Positions 8,230-18,358 are shown, numbered from the stretch's first letter. The stretch is DNA of 27,297 bases from Odoribacteraceae bacterium (GCA_031259905.1 JAIRKS010000058.1:1-27297); one strand, 5' to 3'. Numbers and translations are program-made. Notes: generated from the letters alone by a model not told the origin.

Positions 8230-9684
8230 ATGAGATTAAATGAATTATTACAGGGTGTGACTTGCGAGGTAATGCAAGGAGACGTGTGCACGGGGATCGA
8301 AGGCGTTCACTTCGACTCGCGCGAGATACGCGAGGGATACCTGTTCGTCGCGCGGCGCGGCGTCCGCGCGGACGGTCATGCATTTATCAACAAGGCGATT
8401 GCTGCCGGGGCGGTCGCCGTGCTGGTAGAGGAATTGCCGGCGGAGCTATTGCCCGGCGTGGTTTACGCGCGATGCGCGGACAGTTCCGCCGCGCTGGGCA
8501 TCGTGGCGGCAAACTTTTACGGGAACCCCTCGCGGGAGTTGAAGCTGGTGGGAGTCACCGGCACGAACGGTAAAACAACCACGGCAACCCTCCTGTACGA
8601 GCTGATGCTGTTGGCAGGACACCGGGCCGGCCTCCTCTCCACCGTTTGTAACTGCATCGACGGGGAGCGCTTCGAGACCACCTGCACCACGCCCGACGCG
8701 CTGGAGATAAACAAGCTGATGCGGGCGATGGTCGATTCCGGTTGCCGCTACTGCTTCATGGAGGTCAGCTCGCACGCGCTTGACCAGCGTCGGGTCAGCG
8801 GCCTGGCATTCGACGGGGCGATTTTCTCGAACATCACGCACGACCACCTCGATTACCACGGGACGTTCAAGGAGTACATCCAGGCGAAGAAAACCTTCTT
8901 CGATAACTTGCCGAAGGAAGCCTTCGCGCTGACCAACGCGGACGACAAGAACGGGGCGGTCATGCTGCAGAACTCGGCAGCGCGGAAGTATAGCTACGCT
9001 TGCAAGCGCGCGGCCGATTTCACGGGAAGGGCGATCGAGCGACACCTCGACGGGACGATGCTATCGTTGAACGGGCACAATGTATGGGTGCGGCTCGTGG
9101 GAGACTTCAATACTTACAACCTCCTGGCGGTCTACGCGGCGGCCCGCTTGTTGGACTTCCCGGACGAGGTGATACTGCCGGCGATGAGCCGCCTGAAGCC
9201 CGTTGACGGGCGCTTCGAGACGATGCTTTCGCGGGAAGGGGTGATGGCCATCGTGGACTACGCGCACACGCCCGACGCGCTGGAGAACGTGCTCTCTACC
9301 ATCGGGCGACTGAAAGGTGCCGGCAACCGGGTAATTACGGTGGTGGGGGCCGGTGGCGATCGCGACCGCTCGAAGCGCCCCGTGATGGCCGTTGCCGCTT
9401 GTCGTTACAGCGATCAGGTCGTCTTGACCTCCGACAACCCGCGCGGCGAGGAGCCGATGGCGATCATCGAGGAGATGTACGCCGGAGTCCCGCGAGAGAT
9501 GCAGGAACGGGTGACGAGGATCTGCAACCGCGAGGAGGCGATCCGCGCGGCCTTGACGCTGGCGAGAAGCGGCGACATCGTGCTGGTGGCCGGGAAAGGG
9601 CACGAAAACTACCAGGAGATCAAGGGCGTGAAGTACCCGTTCGATGACAAGAAAGTGATCCGAAACCTGTTTAATAAATCGTGA
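8230..9684 (+). CDS. murE: UDP-N-acetylmuramoyl-tripeptide synthetase MurE (meso-DAP type)
   Basis: GVTGTNGKTT, TTPD, MEVSSH, NITHDHLDYH, VDYAHTPDAL, the DNPR specificity motif and AGKGHENYQ. Confidence 0.97.
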   Translation: MRLNELLQGVTCEVMQGDVCTGIEGVHFDSREIREGYLFVARRGVRADGHAFINKAIAAGAVAVLVEELPAELLPGVVYARCADSSAALGIVAANFYGNPSRELKLVGVTGTNGKTTTATLLYELMLLAGHRAGLLSTVCNCIDGERFETTCTTPDALEINKLMRAMVDSGCRYCFMEVSSHALDQRRVSGLAFDGAIFSNITHDHLDYHGTFKEYIQAKKTFFDNLPKEAFALTNADDKNGAVMLQNSAARKYSYACKRAADFTGRAIERHLDGTMLSLNGHNVWVRLVGDFNTYNLLAVYAAARLLDFPDEVILPAMSRLKPVDGRFETMLSREGVMAIVDYAHTPDALENVLSTIGRLKGAGNRVITVVGAGGDRDRSKRPVMAVAACRYSDQVVLTSDNPRGEEPMAIIEEMYAGVPREMQERVTRICNREEAIRAALTLARSGDIVLVAGKGHENYQEIKGVKYPFDDKKVIRNLFNKS

Positions 9685-9687
9685 ACC

Positions 9688-10926
9688 ATGCTATACCACG
9701 CGTTTGAATACTTGCACGACCTGGGGGTTCCGGGATCCGGCATGTTCCAGTACATCACCTTCCGCTCGGCGGCGGCGGTCATCTTCTCCCTGTTGATTGC
9801 CACGGTCGTGGGGCGTCACATCATCCGTTTCCTGCGCCAGCAGCAGGTGGGGGAGGAGGTACGCGACCTCGGCCTGGAGGGGCAAGTGCAGAAGCAAGGC
9901 ACGCCGACTATGGGTGGGGTGATCATCCTCCTGGCCATCCTCGTGCCGGTGCTGCTGTTCGCCCGCCTTGACAACATCTACATCCAGTTGATGCTGATAG
10001 CCACGGTATGGTTGGGGCTGATCGGTTTCCTGGACGACTACATCAAGGTATTCAAGCGAGACAAGAAGGGCCTCAAAGGGCATTTCAAGATCATCGGGCA
10101 GGTGGGACTGGGCCTGATCGTCGGGCTTACCCTGTACACCAGTGACGACGTGGTCATTCGCGAGCGGGTCGTGCAGGAGAGCGAGGTCGTCAGCACGGAC
10201 GACGGCCTCCCGCGGACGGTGAAGCAGGTACTCGTGCAAGACGTGAAGTCGACCCGCACCACCATCCCCTTCTTCAAGAACAACCAGTTCGATTACGCCT
10301 GGTTCGGCGCTTTTGCCGGGAGACACGCCGAGAAGATCGGCTGGATCATCTTCATCATCATCACGATCCTGATCGTGACGGCCGTCTCGAACGGGGCAAA
10401 CCTGACCGACGGGCTGGACGGCCTGGCCACGGGCACGTCGGCCATCGCCGGCGTGACGCTCGGCATCCTTGCCTACGTGTCGGGGAACGTCGTCTACGCC
10501 GAATACCTGAACATCATGTACATCCCGCACTCCGGCGAGCTGGTCGTCTTCATTGCCGCCTTCACCGGGGCGACGATCGGCTTCCTGTGGTACAACTCCT
10601 ATCCCGCCCAGGTCTTCATGGGCGACACGGGGAGCCTCTCCCTGGGGGGAATCATCGCCGTCTTCGCGATCATCATCCACAAGGAACTGCTCATCCCGGT
10701 GCTGTGCGGGATTTTCCTCATGGAGAACCTCTCGGTGGTCATGCAAGTGAGCTACTTCAAGTACACCCGTCGGCGCTTTGGCACGGGGCGACGGATCTTC
10801 CTGATGGCCCCGTTGCACCATCACTTCCAGAAGCAGGGCTTACCGGAGGCGAAGATCGTGACGCGTTTCTGGATCGTGGGGATCGCGCTGGCGGTGCTCG
10901 CCATTGTCACCTTAAAAATACGCTAA
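9688..10926 (+). CDS. mraY: Phospho-N-acetylmuramoyl-pentapeptide transferase MraY
   Basis: [40 protein letters not shown] and APLHHHF, with multiple TM segments. Confidence 0.98.
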   Translation: MLYHAFEYLHDLGVPGSGMFQYITFRSAAAVIFSLLIATVVGRHIIRFLRQQQVGEEVRDLGLEGQVQKQGTPTMGGVIILLAILVPVLLFARLDNIYIQLMLIATVWLGLIGFLDDYIKVFKRDKKGLKGHFKIIGQVGLGLIVGLTLYTSDDVVIRERVVQESEVVSTDDGLPRTVKQVLVQDVKSTRTTIPFFKNNQFDYAWFGAFAGRHAEKIGWIIFIIITILIVTAVSNGANLTDGLDGLATGTSAIAGVTLGILAYVSGNVVYAEYLNIMYIPHSGELVVFIAAFTGATIGFLWYNSYPAQVFMGDTGSLSLGGIIAVFAIIIHKELLIPVLCGIFLMENLSVVMQVSYFKYTRRRFGTGRRIFLMAPLHHHFQKQGLPEAKIVTRFWIVGIALAVLAIVTLKIR

Positions 10927-12285
10927 ATGATGAAGCTGGTTATTCTTGGAGGCGGGGAGAGCGGCATCGGCGCGGCGCGACTGGGATCGCGGTTGGGCCA
11001 CGCGGTATTCTTGTCGGACAGCGGGCCGCTGACCGGGGGCGCCCGCCACGCGCTGGAAGAGATGCAGGTGGAGTTCGAGGAGGGGGGGCACGACGCGAGG
11101 CGGGTCATGCAGGCGGACCTGGTCGTGAAAAGCCCTGGAATTCCCGACACCCTCCCGCTGGTCGTCTCCCTCCGGGCGGCGGGCGTGGAGGTGATCTCGG
11201 AAATAGAGTTCGCCGGTCGCCACACGGACGCGGCGATGTACTGCATCACGGGGAGTAACGGGAAAACCACCACCACCTTATTATTATACCACCTGCTCCG
11301 GCGCGGCGGACTGGACGTCGGCCTGGCGGGGAACGTCGGGCACAGCCTGGCCGCGCGCGTGGCGACAGACCCTCACGCGGCCTACGTGGTAGAGCTTTCC
11401 AGCTTCCAGCTGGACGGGATGTCCCGTTTCCATTGCGACACGGCCATCTTGACGAACATCACGCCGGACCACCTCGATCGCTACGGCGGGCGGTTCGAGA
11501 GATACGTCGACTCCAAGTTCCGGGTACTCCAGAACGCCCGCCCGCGCGATCTTTTCATCTACGGCACGGATTGCGACGCGGTACGCGAGCGGGTGTCCCG
11601 GACGCGGATCGTCCCCCGCGCGGCGCGCTTCACGTGTCACGACGATCCCGGCCAGGACGCGTGGATGTCGGGCGATCGCCTGCTGGCGCGTCACGAGGGT
11701 CGTCTCTTCTCGATCGACCGGCGGGAGATCTCGATACAGGGTCGCCACAACATGTACAACGCCCAGGCGGCCGTACTGGCGGCGATGAAGGCGGGCGTGG
11801 GGGACGACGACCTGCGGCGCGGCCTGGCGACCTTCCCCCCGGTGGAGCATCGCCTGGAGCGGGTGGCGGTCGTGAACGGCGTCACGTACATCAACGATTC
11901 GAAGGCGACCAACGTCGATTCCGCCCTGTACGCCCTGGAGAGCGTCCCCCCGCCGGTGATCTGGATCGCCGGGGGCACCGACAAGGGGAACGACTACGCG
12001 GCGTTGAAGGCGCTGGCGCGGGAAAAGGTAAAGCTGCTCGTCTGCATGGGAGTGGACAACGCCCGCCTGTCGCGCGAGTTTTCCGGCACGACCGAGGTCG
12101 TCGACACGCGCGGGCTGGACGAGGCGATGGCCGTCGTCGCGGCGCGCGTCGTGCCCGGGGACACGGTGCTCCTCTCCCCGTGCTGCGCGAGCTTCGACCT
12201 CTTCAGGAACTACGAGGATCGCGGGCGGCAATTCAAGGAAAAAGTAATGAATCTAACGCGACAGGATAATGGAAGAGATCATTAA
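10927..12285 (+). CDS. murD: UDP-N-acetylmuramoyl-L-alanine:D-glutamate ligase MurD
   Basis: LGGGESG, VKSPGI, ITGSNGKTTT, ELSSFQL, NITPDHLDRY, NDSKATN and LLSPCCASFDLF. Confidence 0.97.
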   Translation: MMKLVILGGGESGIGAARLGSRLGHAVFLSDSGPLTGGARHALEEMQVEFEEGGHDARRVMQADLVVKSPGIPDTLPLVVSLRAAGVEVISEIEFAGRHTDAAMYCITGSNGKTTTTLLLYHLLRRGGLDVGLAGNVGHSLAARVATDPHAAYVVELSSFQLDGMSRFHCDTAILTNITPDHLDRYGGRFERYVDSKFRVLQNARPRDLFIYGTDCDAVRERVSRTRIVPRAARFTCHDDPGQDAWMSGDRLLARHEGRLFSIDRREISIQGRHNMYNAQAAVLAAMKAGVGDDDLRRGLATFPPVEHRLERVAVVNGVTYINDSKATNVDSALYALESVPPPVIWIAGGTDKGNDYAALKALAREKVKLLVCMGVDNARLSREFSGTTEVVDTRGLDEAMAVVAARVVPGDTVLLSPCCASFDLFRNYEDRGRQFKEKVMNLTRQDNGRDH

Positions 12286-13951
12286 CCGGGCAAAATACTA
12301 CCTCGTCCCGAAGGGTGACAAGATCCTCTGGGTGATGATCCTCGCGTTGATGCTGATCTCGCTGGTCGCGGTCTTCTCGTCCACCGGGAAGCTCGCCTAC
12401 GTCAGCATGGAGGGGGACACGACGCGCCCGTTGTTCAAGCAAGCCGGGCTATTCGTCGCGGCCCTTGGCGTGATGCTCTTCGTTCAATCGATGCACTACA
12501 AGTACTTCATCTCGCTGGCCACGCCCGCGTGCTGGCTGGCGCTGCTGTTGCTGGCGTTGGCGCTCGTGATCTCGCTCCTCGACAATTCGGCGCGTGTCAA
12601 CGATACGGCCCGCTGGATAAAAATCCCCATCCTCGGCAGCATCCAGCCGTCGGAGGTTGCCAAGCTGGGGCTCGTGATGTACATGGCGCGGGTGCTCGCG
12701 TTCGAGCAACTGTCCGATCGCTGTTCCAACCGCGTGCTGTTCAAGATAGCGTTAATCTTCCTTCCCCCGTGGATACTGATCTTCAATGAAAACGCCTCGA
12801 CGTCCGTGCTCCTGGCGCTGGTCTGCGCGGTGATGCTATTCGTCGGGCGCTTGCACTGGAAACCGCTGCTGCTGACGTACGCCGTCGCCGCGGCGCTCGC
12901 CACTGTCTTCCTGGTGACGATCATGAACACCGACAAGCTCGACCACATCGCGCGCGTGGTCACCATCAAGGAGCGGTTGAACAACAAGAACCCCTTCCAG
13001 GCTAACCAGGCCAAGATTGCCATCGCGCGCGGCGGCCTCCACGGCGTCGGGCCGGGGCGCAGCGTGCAGCGGAATTTCCTGCCGAACCCGCAGTCGGATT
13101 ACATCTACGCGATCATCGTCGAGGAGTACGGGCTGCTCGTCGGCGGCATACCGGTGCTGCTCATCTACGCGATCATCCTGTACCGCGTCGGCACGATCGC
13201 CCGGCGATGCACGCGGGCGTTCCCGGCGCTACTCGTGACGGGGCTGGGGATCACGATTTTTCTCCAGGCGATCATACACGTGTGCGTGTGTACCGGCGTT
13301 TTCCCCGTGACCGGCCAGCCCTTGCCGCTGGTGAGCACCGGCGGCACGTCCATCCTCCTCCTCGGCGTCGCCTTCGGGATGATCCAAAGCGTCGCGCACA
13401 CCTTCTCGGACGCCGGGCAACAGGAGGAACGCGAACGACAGGCACGACGAAAAGCCGCCAGGAGAAGGGAAATCGAACGACTGGAACGAGAGGAGGACGA
13501 CGAAACGCTATATTTTCAGCGGCTTTCCCTGAATTTTGAGCGCCCTTTACAAACTTTGAAATGCCTTGTACAAAGTTTGAAATGCCCTTTACAAAGTTTG
13601 AAATGCCCTTTACAAAGTTTGAAATGCCTTGTACAAACTTTGAAATGCCTTGTTCAAATTTCTAGATGCCTTGTCAGAAATTTGAAATGCCCTTTACAAA
13701 GTTTGAAATGCCTTGTACAAACTTTGAAATGCCCTTTACAAACTTTGAAATGCCTTGTACAAACTTTGAAATGCCCCTGTACAAAGTTTGAAATGCCCTT
13801 TACAAAGTTTGAAATGCCTTGTACAAACTTTGAAATGCCCTGTACAAAGTGTGAAATGCCCTGTACAAAGTTTGAAATATCCCCCCGTGTCGCCCGTTTG
13901 GCGGCGCGTGAATGGCCGTGGCGCCTGACCCTTTTACCCTTTAACGCGTGA
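12269..13951 (+). CDS. ftsW: Peptidoglycan glycosyltransferase FtsW (SEDS family) with an in-frame repeat-derived C-terminal extension
   Basis: ARWIKIP, IQPSEVAK, FQANQAKIAIARGG, LPNPQSDYIYAII and GQPLPLVSTGGTS. The membrane core ends near 13400, but there is no in-frame stop until TGA at 13949-13951. Confidence 0.93.
   Translation: MEEIINRAKYYLVPKGDKILWVMILALMLISLVAVFSSTGKLAYVSMEGDTTRPLFKQAGLFVAALGVMLFVQSMHYKYFISLATPACWLALLLLALALVISLLDNSARVNDTARWIKIPILGSIQPSEVAKLGLVMYMARVLAFEQLSDRCSNRVLFKIALIFLPPWILIFNENASTSVLLALVCAVMLFVGRLHWKPLLLTYAVAAALATVFLVTIMNTDKLDHIARVVTIKERLNNKNPFQANQAKIAIARGGLHGVGPGRSVQRNFLPNPQSDYIYAIIVEEYGLLVGGIPVLLIYAIILYRVGTIARRCTRAFPALLVTGLGITIFLQAIIHVCVCTGVFPVTGQPLPLVSTGGTSILLLGVAFGMIQSVAHTFSDAGQQEERERQARRKAARRREIERLEREEDDETLYFQRLSLNFERPLQTLKCLVQSLKCPLQSLKCPLQSLKCLVQTLKCLVQISRCLVRNLKCPLQSLKCLVQTLKCPLQTLKCLVQTLKCPCTKFEMPFTKFEMPCTNFEMPCTKCEMPCTKFEISPRVARLAAREWPWRLTLLPFNA
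13534..13878. repeat. Array 2: 16 tandem 21-bp units, consensus TTTGAAATGCC(T/C)T(G/T)TACAAA(G/C)
   Basis: Units start at 13534 (degenerate), 13555, 13576 and so on to 13850, with a partial unit at 13871. The unit at 13765-13786 is 22 bp. Units contain TTGTACAA and CAAA-S-TTTG dyads. Confidence 0.97.
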
Positions 13952-13955
13952 AAAC

Positions 13956-15059
13956 ATGAAAAAGATAATCATCAGTGGCGGCGGTACCGGCGGGCACGTC
14001 TTCCCGGCCATCGCGATCGCCAACGCGCTGGAACGATCCGGGCAGGACGTGGAGATCCTGTTCGTCGGCGCGGAAGGACGACTGGAAATGGAGAAGGTCC
14101 CCGCGGCAGGTTACCGCGTGATCGGCCTGCCGGTGCGGGGTTTCCGTCGCCGGTTAACGTGGGAAAACGCGGCGGTCGTCGCGAGCCTCTACCGTAGCCT
14201 GCGCGCGGCGCGTCGCGTCGTGGACGACTTTCGCCCGGACGCGGTCGTGGGCGTCGGCGGGTACGCCAGCGGCCCGGTGGGCTGGGCGGCCACGCGGGCG
14301 GGCGTCCCCCTGGTGCTGCAAGAGCAGAACTCGCTCGCCGGCGTGACGAATCGCCTGCTGGCGCGCCGGGCGGCGAGGATCTGCGTGGCGTACGAGGGGA
14401 TGGAACGCTACTTCGGGAAAGAAAAAGTGATCCTCACCGGCAACCCCGTGCGCGAGGAATTGCCGCGGGCGATCCACGCGCGGGAAGAAGGCATCGCCTT
14501 CCACGGGCTGGACGCGCGACGGAAAACGGTGCTCGTCACCGGCGGAAGCCTCGGCGCCGCGAGCCTGAACCGGGCCGTGTCGAGGTGGCTGGAGCGATTC
14601 GCCGCGTGGGACGACGTGCAGGTGCTGTGGCAGTGCGGCAAGGGTTACAGCCAGGGGCTGGAACGGGCGTTGAGAGGGACGATCCCGCCGAACGTGATCC
14701 TGACGCCGTTCCTGGAACGCGTGGAGCTGGCGTACGCCTGTGCCGACGTCGTGGTGGCGCGGGCGGGCGCGTGCACGATCTCGGAGCTGACCCTGCTGGG
14801 AAAGGCCGCGGTGCTGGTGCCGTCGCCGAACGTCTCCGGGGACCACCAGACGAGGAACGCCCGCGCGCTGGTCGACAAGGGCGCCGCCATCCTGCTGGCC
14901 GACGGGGAAGTAGAGGCGCGGCTGGCCGACACGCTCGCCGCGCTGCTGGCCGATGACGGGAGACGACGCGACCTGTCGGAACGTGCCCGGGCGCTGGGAC
15001 GGCCGGACGCGAGCGAGCGGATCGCCGGGATAATTCTCTCCGTGACGAACAAAAATTGA
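13956..15059 (+). CDS. murG: N-acetylglucosaminyl transferase MurG
   Basis: IISGGGTGGHVFPA, VGVGGYASGP, LQEQNS, TGNPVR, GGSLGA, RAGACTISE and DHQTRNA. Confidence 0.98.
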   Translation: MKKIIISGGGTGGHVFPAIAIANALERSGQDVEILFVGAEGRLEMEKVPAAGYRVIGLPVRGFRRRLTWENAAVVASLYRSLRAARRVVDDFRPDAVVGVGGYASGPVGWAATRAGVPLVLQEQNSLAGVTNRLLARRAARICVAYEGMERYFGKEKVILTGNPVREELPRAIHAREEGIAFHGLDARRKTVLVTGGSLGAASLNRAVSRWLERFAAWDDVQVLWQCGKGYSQGLERALRGTIPPNVILTPFLERVELAYACADVVVARAGACTISELTLLGKAAVLVPSPNVSGDHQTRNARALVDKGAAILLADGEVEARLADTLAALLADDGRRRDLSERARALGRPDASERIAGIILSVTNKN

Positions 15060-15064
15060 ACACC

Positions 15065-16450
15065 ATGAATACTATCGAGGAAGAAAAAGAAAAAAGAGAG
15101 AACGACGAGCCGCGCCCGGTGTACCTCGTCGGTATCGGCGGCATCGGGATGAGCGCCCTCGCGCGTTACTTCCGGGCAACGGGATGCGCCGTGGCCGGGT
15201 ACGACAGGACGCCGTCGCCGCTGACGCTCGAAATGAGCCGGGAAGGTATCGACATTACCCACGAGGACGACGAGCGGGAAATCGCGGGGATCTTCCGCTC
15301 GCCCGGCCGACCGCTGGTGATCTACACGCCGGCGATCCCCCCCGGCAACCGCGTGCTCTCGTTCTTCAGGGAAAACGGGCACGCGCTCCACAAGCGCTCG
15401 GAAGTGCTCGGGATGATCGCCGGCACGAAAAAGGCCATCTGCGTGGCCGGCACGCACGGCAAGACGACCGTGTCGACGATGACCGCCTTCCTCTTGCACT
15501 CCTCGCGCGTGGGATGCAACGCGTTCCTGGGAGGAATATCCTCCAACTTCGGCACGAACGTGCTGGTAAACCCCGCCTCCCCGTTCGCGGTGATCGAGGC
15601 GGACGAGTACGACCGCTCCTTCCTCCACCTGCACCCGGAAATGGCCGTGATCACCTCCACGGACGCCGACCACCTCGACGTCTACGGCACGCGCGAGTGC
15701 ATGATGGAGGCCTTCGAGCAGTTCGCCTGCCAGACGAGAGGCAAGCTATTCGCGCGAAAAGGCGTGACGCTCCGCCGGCGGGAGGTGGACGGCTATTACG
15801 CCGTCGACGAGCCGGCGGATTATCGCGCCGCGCGCCCGCGCCCGGAGGGAAACGGCTTCCGCTTCGATTACGCCGGGCGGGACGTCTCGATCCCCGGCCT
15901 GCGGCTCGCCGTCCCCGGTCGCGTGAACGTGGAAAACGTCACGGCGGCGATCACCCTGGCCCTGCACGCTGGAGTCTCCCCCGGCGAGATCCGCGAGGCG
16001 TTGCCCCGCTTTAAAGGCGTCGCAAGACGATTCGACCTCCACGCGAACGGCCGCGCGATCTACGTCGATGATTACGCGCACCACCCGCGGGAGATCGAGG
16101 CGACGCTGACCTCCGCGCGGGAAATGTGGCCCGGTCGACGGCTCACGGTGGCCTTCCAGCCTCACCTGTACTCGAGGACGCGCGACTTCTACCCCGGCTT
16201 CGCGAAAAGCCTGAGCCTAGCCGACGAGGTGATCCTGATGGAGATCTACCCGGCGCGCGAGGAGCCTCTACCGGGAGTGACCTCCCGCCTGATCGCCGAC
16301 CGGCTGACCGTCCCGCACGTGATGGCAAGACGCGAGGAGCTGCCGGAACTCGTCCGGGCGAGGGTGACGGACGGTATATTCATGACCATCGGCGCCGGGG
16401 ACATCGACCGCTTCGTCCCCCTCTTCACGGCCATGTTCACCGGGAACTAA
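15065..16450 (+). CDS. murC: UDP-N-acetylmuramate:L-alanine ligase MurC
   Basis: VGIGGIGMSALA, AGTHGKTT, EADEYDRSFL, DADHLD, DDYAHHPREI, FQPHLYSRT and GAGDI. I prefer the ATG at 15065 over the TTG at 15056. Confidence 0.97.
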   Translation: MNTIEEEKEKRENDEPRPVYLVGIGGIGMSALARYFRATGCAVAGYDRTPSPLTLEMSREGIDITHEDDEREIAGIFRSPGRPLVIYTPAIPPGNRVLSFFRENGHALHKRSEVLGMIAGTKKAICVAGTHGKTTVSTMTAFLLHSSRVGCNAFLGGISSNFGTNVLVNPASPFAVIEADEYDRSFLHLHPEMAVITSTDADHLDVYGTRECMMEAFEQFACQTRGKLFARKGVTLRRREVDGYYAVDEPADYRAARPRPEGNGFRFDYAGRDVSIPGLRLAVPGRVNVENVTAAITLALHAGVSPGEIREALPRFKGVARRFDLHANGRAIYVDDYAHHPREIEATLTSAREMWPGRRLTVAFQPHLYSRTRDFYPGFAKSLSLADEVILMEIYPAREEPLPGVTSRLIADRLTVPHVMARREELPELVRARVTDGIFMTIGAGDIDRFVPLFTAMFTGN

Positions 16451-16462
16451 AGACCTCGCGAC

Positions 16463-17185
16463 ATGAAACACCTAACGCTCTACGTGGCAAGTATCCTCCT
16501 GTTTGCATACTTGATTATTATCCTTACCTTCGCGGCAACGAAATGGGGGGAGGTAACATGTGAGGGAGTACGGGTGACGGTCAATAACGCGCGTGACGCT
16601 TTCGTGGACGAGGAAGAGGTGTTGAAGATAATCCGGAAAGGATACGGGACAATTCTCGAGAAGAAGATGACAACCATTGACAAAGATAGCCTGGAAAGGA
16701 TACTTGTCAGGAATCCAATGATCCATTCAGCCCAGGTTTACTACAGTATAGACGGTAATCTCCACGTGAATATCAGGCAACGGGAGCCTCTCCTGAGAGT
16801 GATGGCAGGCGAGGGATATTACGTCGACAAGGACGGGGAAATCATGCCGCTATCTCCCAGGTTTACTTCCAGGGTTATTGTTGCCACGGGCAACATTAGC
16901 AAGACGTTCGCGCGCGAACGGCTGGCCCCGTTCGCGAAAAGCCTCGCGGGACACTCGTTCTGGAGCGCTTTCATCGAGCAGCTCGTGGTGCTCCCCGGTG
17001 GCAACGTGGTATTGATCCCCAAGGTGGGAGATTTCAAAATCACGTTAGGTCCGCTGGAGAATCACGAGGAACGAATGGAAAAGTTGATGATCTTCCTGAA
17101 ACGGGGAATAAGAAAAAAGGGCTGGGACAGGTACAAGGAGATTAAACTGGAATTTGACAAACTGGTAGTTTGCGTGAGAAGATAA
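16463..17185 (+). CDS. ftsQ: Cell division protein FtsQ/DivIB (Bacteroidota type)
   Basis: N-terminal TM, POTRA-like segment, IRQREPLLRV, YYVDKDGEIMPLS, terminal LVVCVRR, and position between murC and ftsA. Confidence 0.85.
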   Translation: MKHLTLYVASILLFAYLIIILTFAATKWGEVTCEGVRVTVNNARDAFVDEEEVLKIIRKGYGTILEKKMTTIDKDSLERILVRNPMIHSAQVYYSIDGNLHVNIRQREPLLRVMAGEGYYVDKDGEIMPLSPRFTSRVIVATGNISKTFARERLAPFAKSLAGHSFWSAFIEQLVVLPGGNVVLIPKVGDFKITLGPLENHEERMEKLMIFLKRGIRKKGWDRYKEIKLEFDKLVVCVRR

Positions 17186-17198
17186 AAAATTAAATCGA

Positions 17199-18347
17199 AT
17201 GGATTATATAGCTTCTTTGGACATGGGATCGGAAACGATGGTGATGGCGTTAGCAGAGGTTAACGCCGGCCGCGTTCGCGTGATCGCCGTGGAAATGGCC
17301 GGATCGAAAGGAATCGAGCGGGGAAAGGTGAAGGACGAGGAGCAGGCGAGCGCCGCGGTAGGGCAACTGCTGGAAGTGTTCCGGGAAAAACACGGGATGA
17401 ATATCGACAGTCTACGCGTCTCCTTGCCGGCGACGTGGTTGAAACGGACGACGGTGAAGGAGGTGTTGAATCCTTCCCGTGGCGTCAAGGAAGCCTACCT
17501 GGATGAATTGGAAAAGCGGTGCAGGATGTCGTTGCCCGATGACGGGCGAGAACCGGTAGCGACCCTACCGCTCTCCTACACGGTCGATGGCAAGGAGACG
17601 CGGCATTTGTTGAACCAGCCGGTGGAGGAGGGAAGCGCGTGCTACGTGCTGTACTCGGCCCGCGAGAGCGAGATGGAAAAGACCCGCGAGTGGTTGTCCG
17701 GTTTAGGAATAACGCGCGTGGATTTCTATGCCGGGATAGAGGCGATGAGCCGGGCGGTGGCCTCGAAACGAAACGGGTATCAAAACTTCGCGCTGGTCGA
17801 CCTGGGGGCTGACAGCACGAAAGTGCTCGTCTTCCAGGAAGGGGTAGTTGTCCGCGATGTCGAGTTGCCCCTGGGGTGCAGTGCCATCGACGGGGACATT
17901 CATACCGCCTTCTCGCAATCACTGGACGTCGCGCGTCAGTTAAAACACGAACACGGGAGTGCAGTGAGCGCGTTGGAGAAAAAAGACAGGAAGATTATCA
18001 TACCGAACACGCAGTATAGCGTGACCCTGCGCGCGCTGTTGCATATCGAACAGTGTCGCCTCGAGGAGTTGTTGGAAGGCGTTATATTTCAGGTGCAGAG
18101 TAGCGGCTTCTCTCGCGCGTTACCCGACGGGATACTGTTGACGGGAGGAGGAAGCCAGGTGAAAAACGTGGAAATATTACTGAATAAGCTTTCGGGATAC
18201 CAGGTGAGAAGGGCCGTGATCACGGGCGTGGAGGCGATGGACAGGTCGTGGCTGGAAAATCCCGGCTACTTGACCGCTTTCGGCTTGTTGGCCTGCGAGA
18301 GCAAGACGCGCAAGTCCCTGGGGAATTTATGGAAAAGGTGGTTTTAA
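17199..18347 (+). CDS. ftsA: Cell division protein FtsA (diverged)
   Basis: Actin-fold motifs LDMGSET, VDLGADST and ILLTGGGSQ, a C-terminal amphipathic helix (SLGNLWKRWF), and position before ftsZ. Confidence 0.85.
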   Translation: MDYIASLDMGSETMVMALAEVNAGRVRVIAVEMAGSKGIERGKVKDEEQASAAVGQLLEVFREKHGMNIDSLRVSLPATWLKRTTVKEVLNPSRGVKEAYLDELEKRCRMSLPDDGREPVATLPLSYTVDGKETRHLLNQPVEEGSACYVLYSARESEMEKTREWLSGLGITRVDFYAGIEAMSRAVASKRNGYQNFALVDLGADSTKVLVFQEGVVVRDVELPLGCSAIDGDIHTAFSQSLDVARQLKHEHGSAVSALEKKDRKIIIPNTQYSVTLRALLHIEQCRLEELLEGVIFQVQSSGFSRALPDGILLTGGGSQVKNVEILLNKLSGYQVRRAVITGVEAMDRSWLENPGYLTAFGLLACESKTRKSLGNLWKRWF

Positions 18348-18358
18348 AATAAATAATC

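Noticed and set aside
8230-12285. Absence of murF, ddl and murB from the dcw cluster
   Set aside because: This is the usual Bacteroidota gene order; those genes are normally located elsewhere.
13502-13522. ETLYFQR in the FtsW tail resembles the TEV protease site ENLYFQ/G
   Set aside because: It is a short chance match in a low-constraint tail. There is no potyviral-type protease or vector sequence in the window.
13534-13878. Array 2 as a stack of Bacteroidota promoters, given its many TTTG motifs
   Set aside because: No unit on either strand contains TAnnTTTG.
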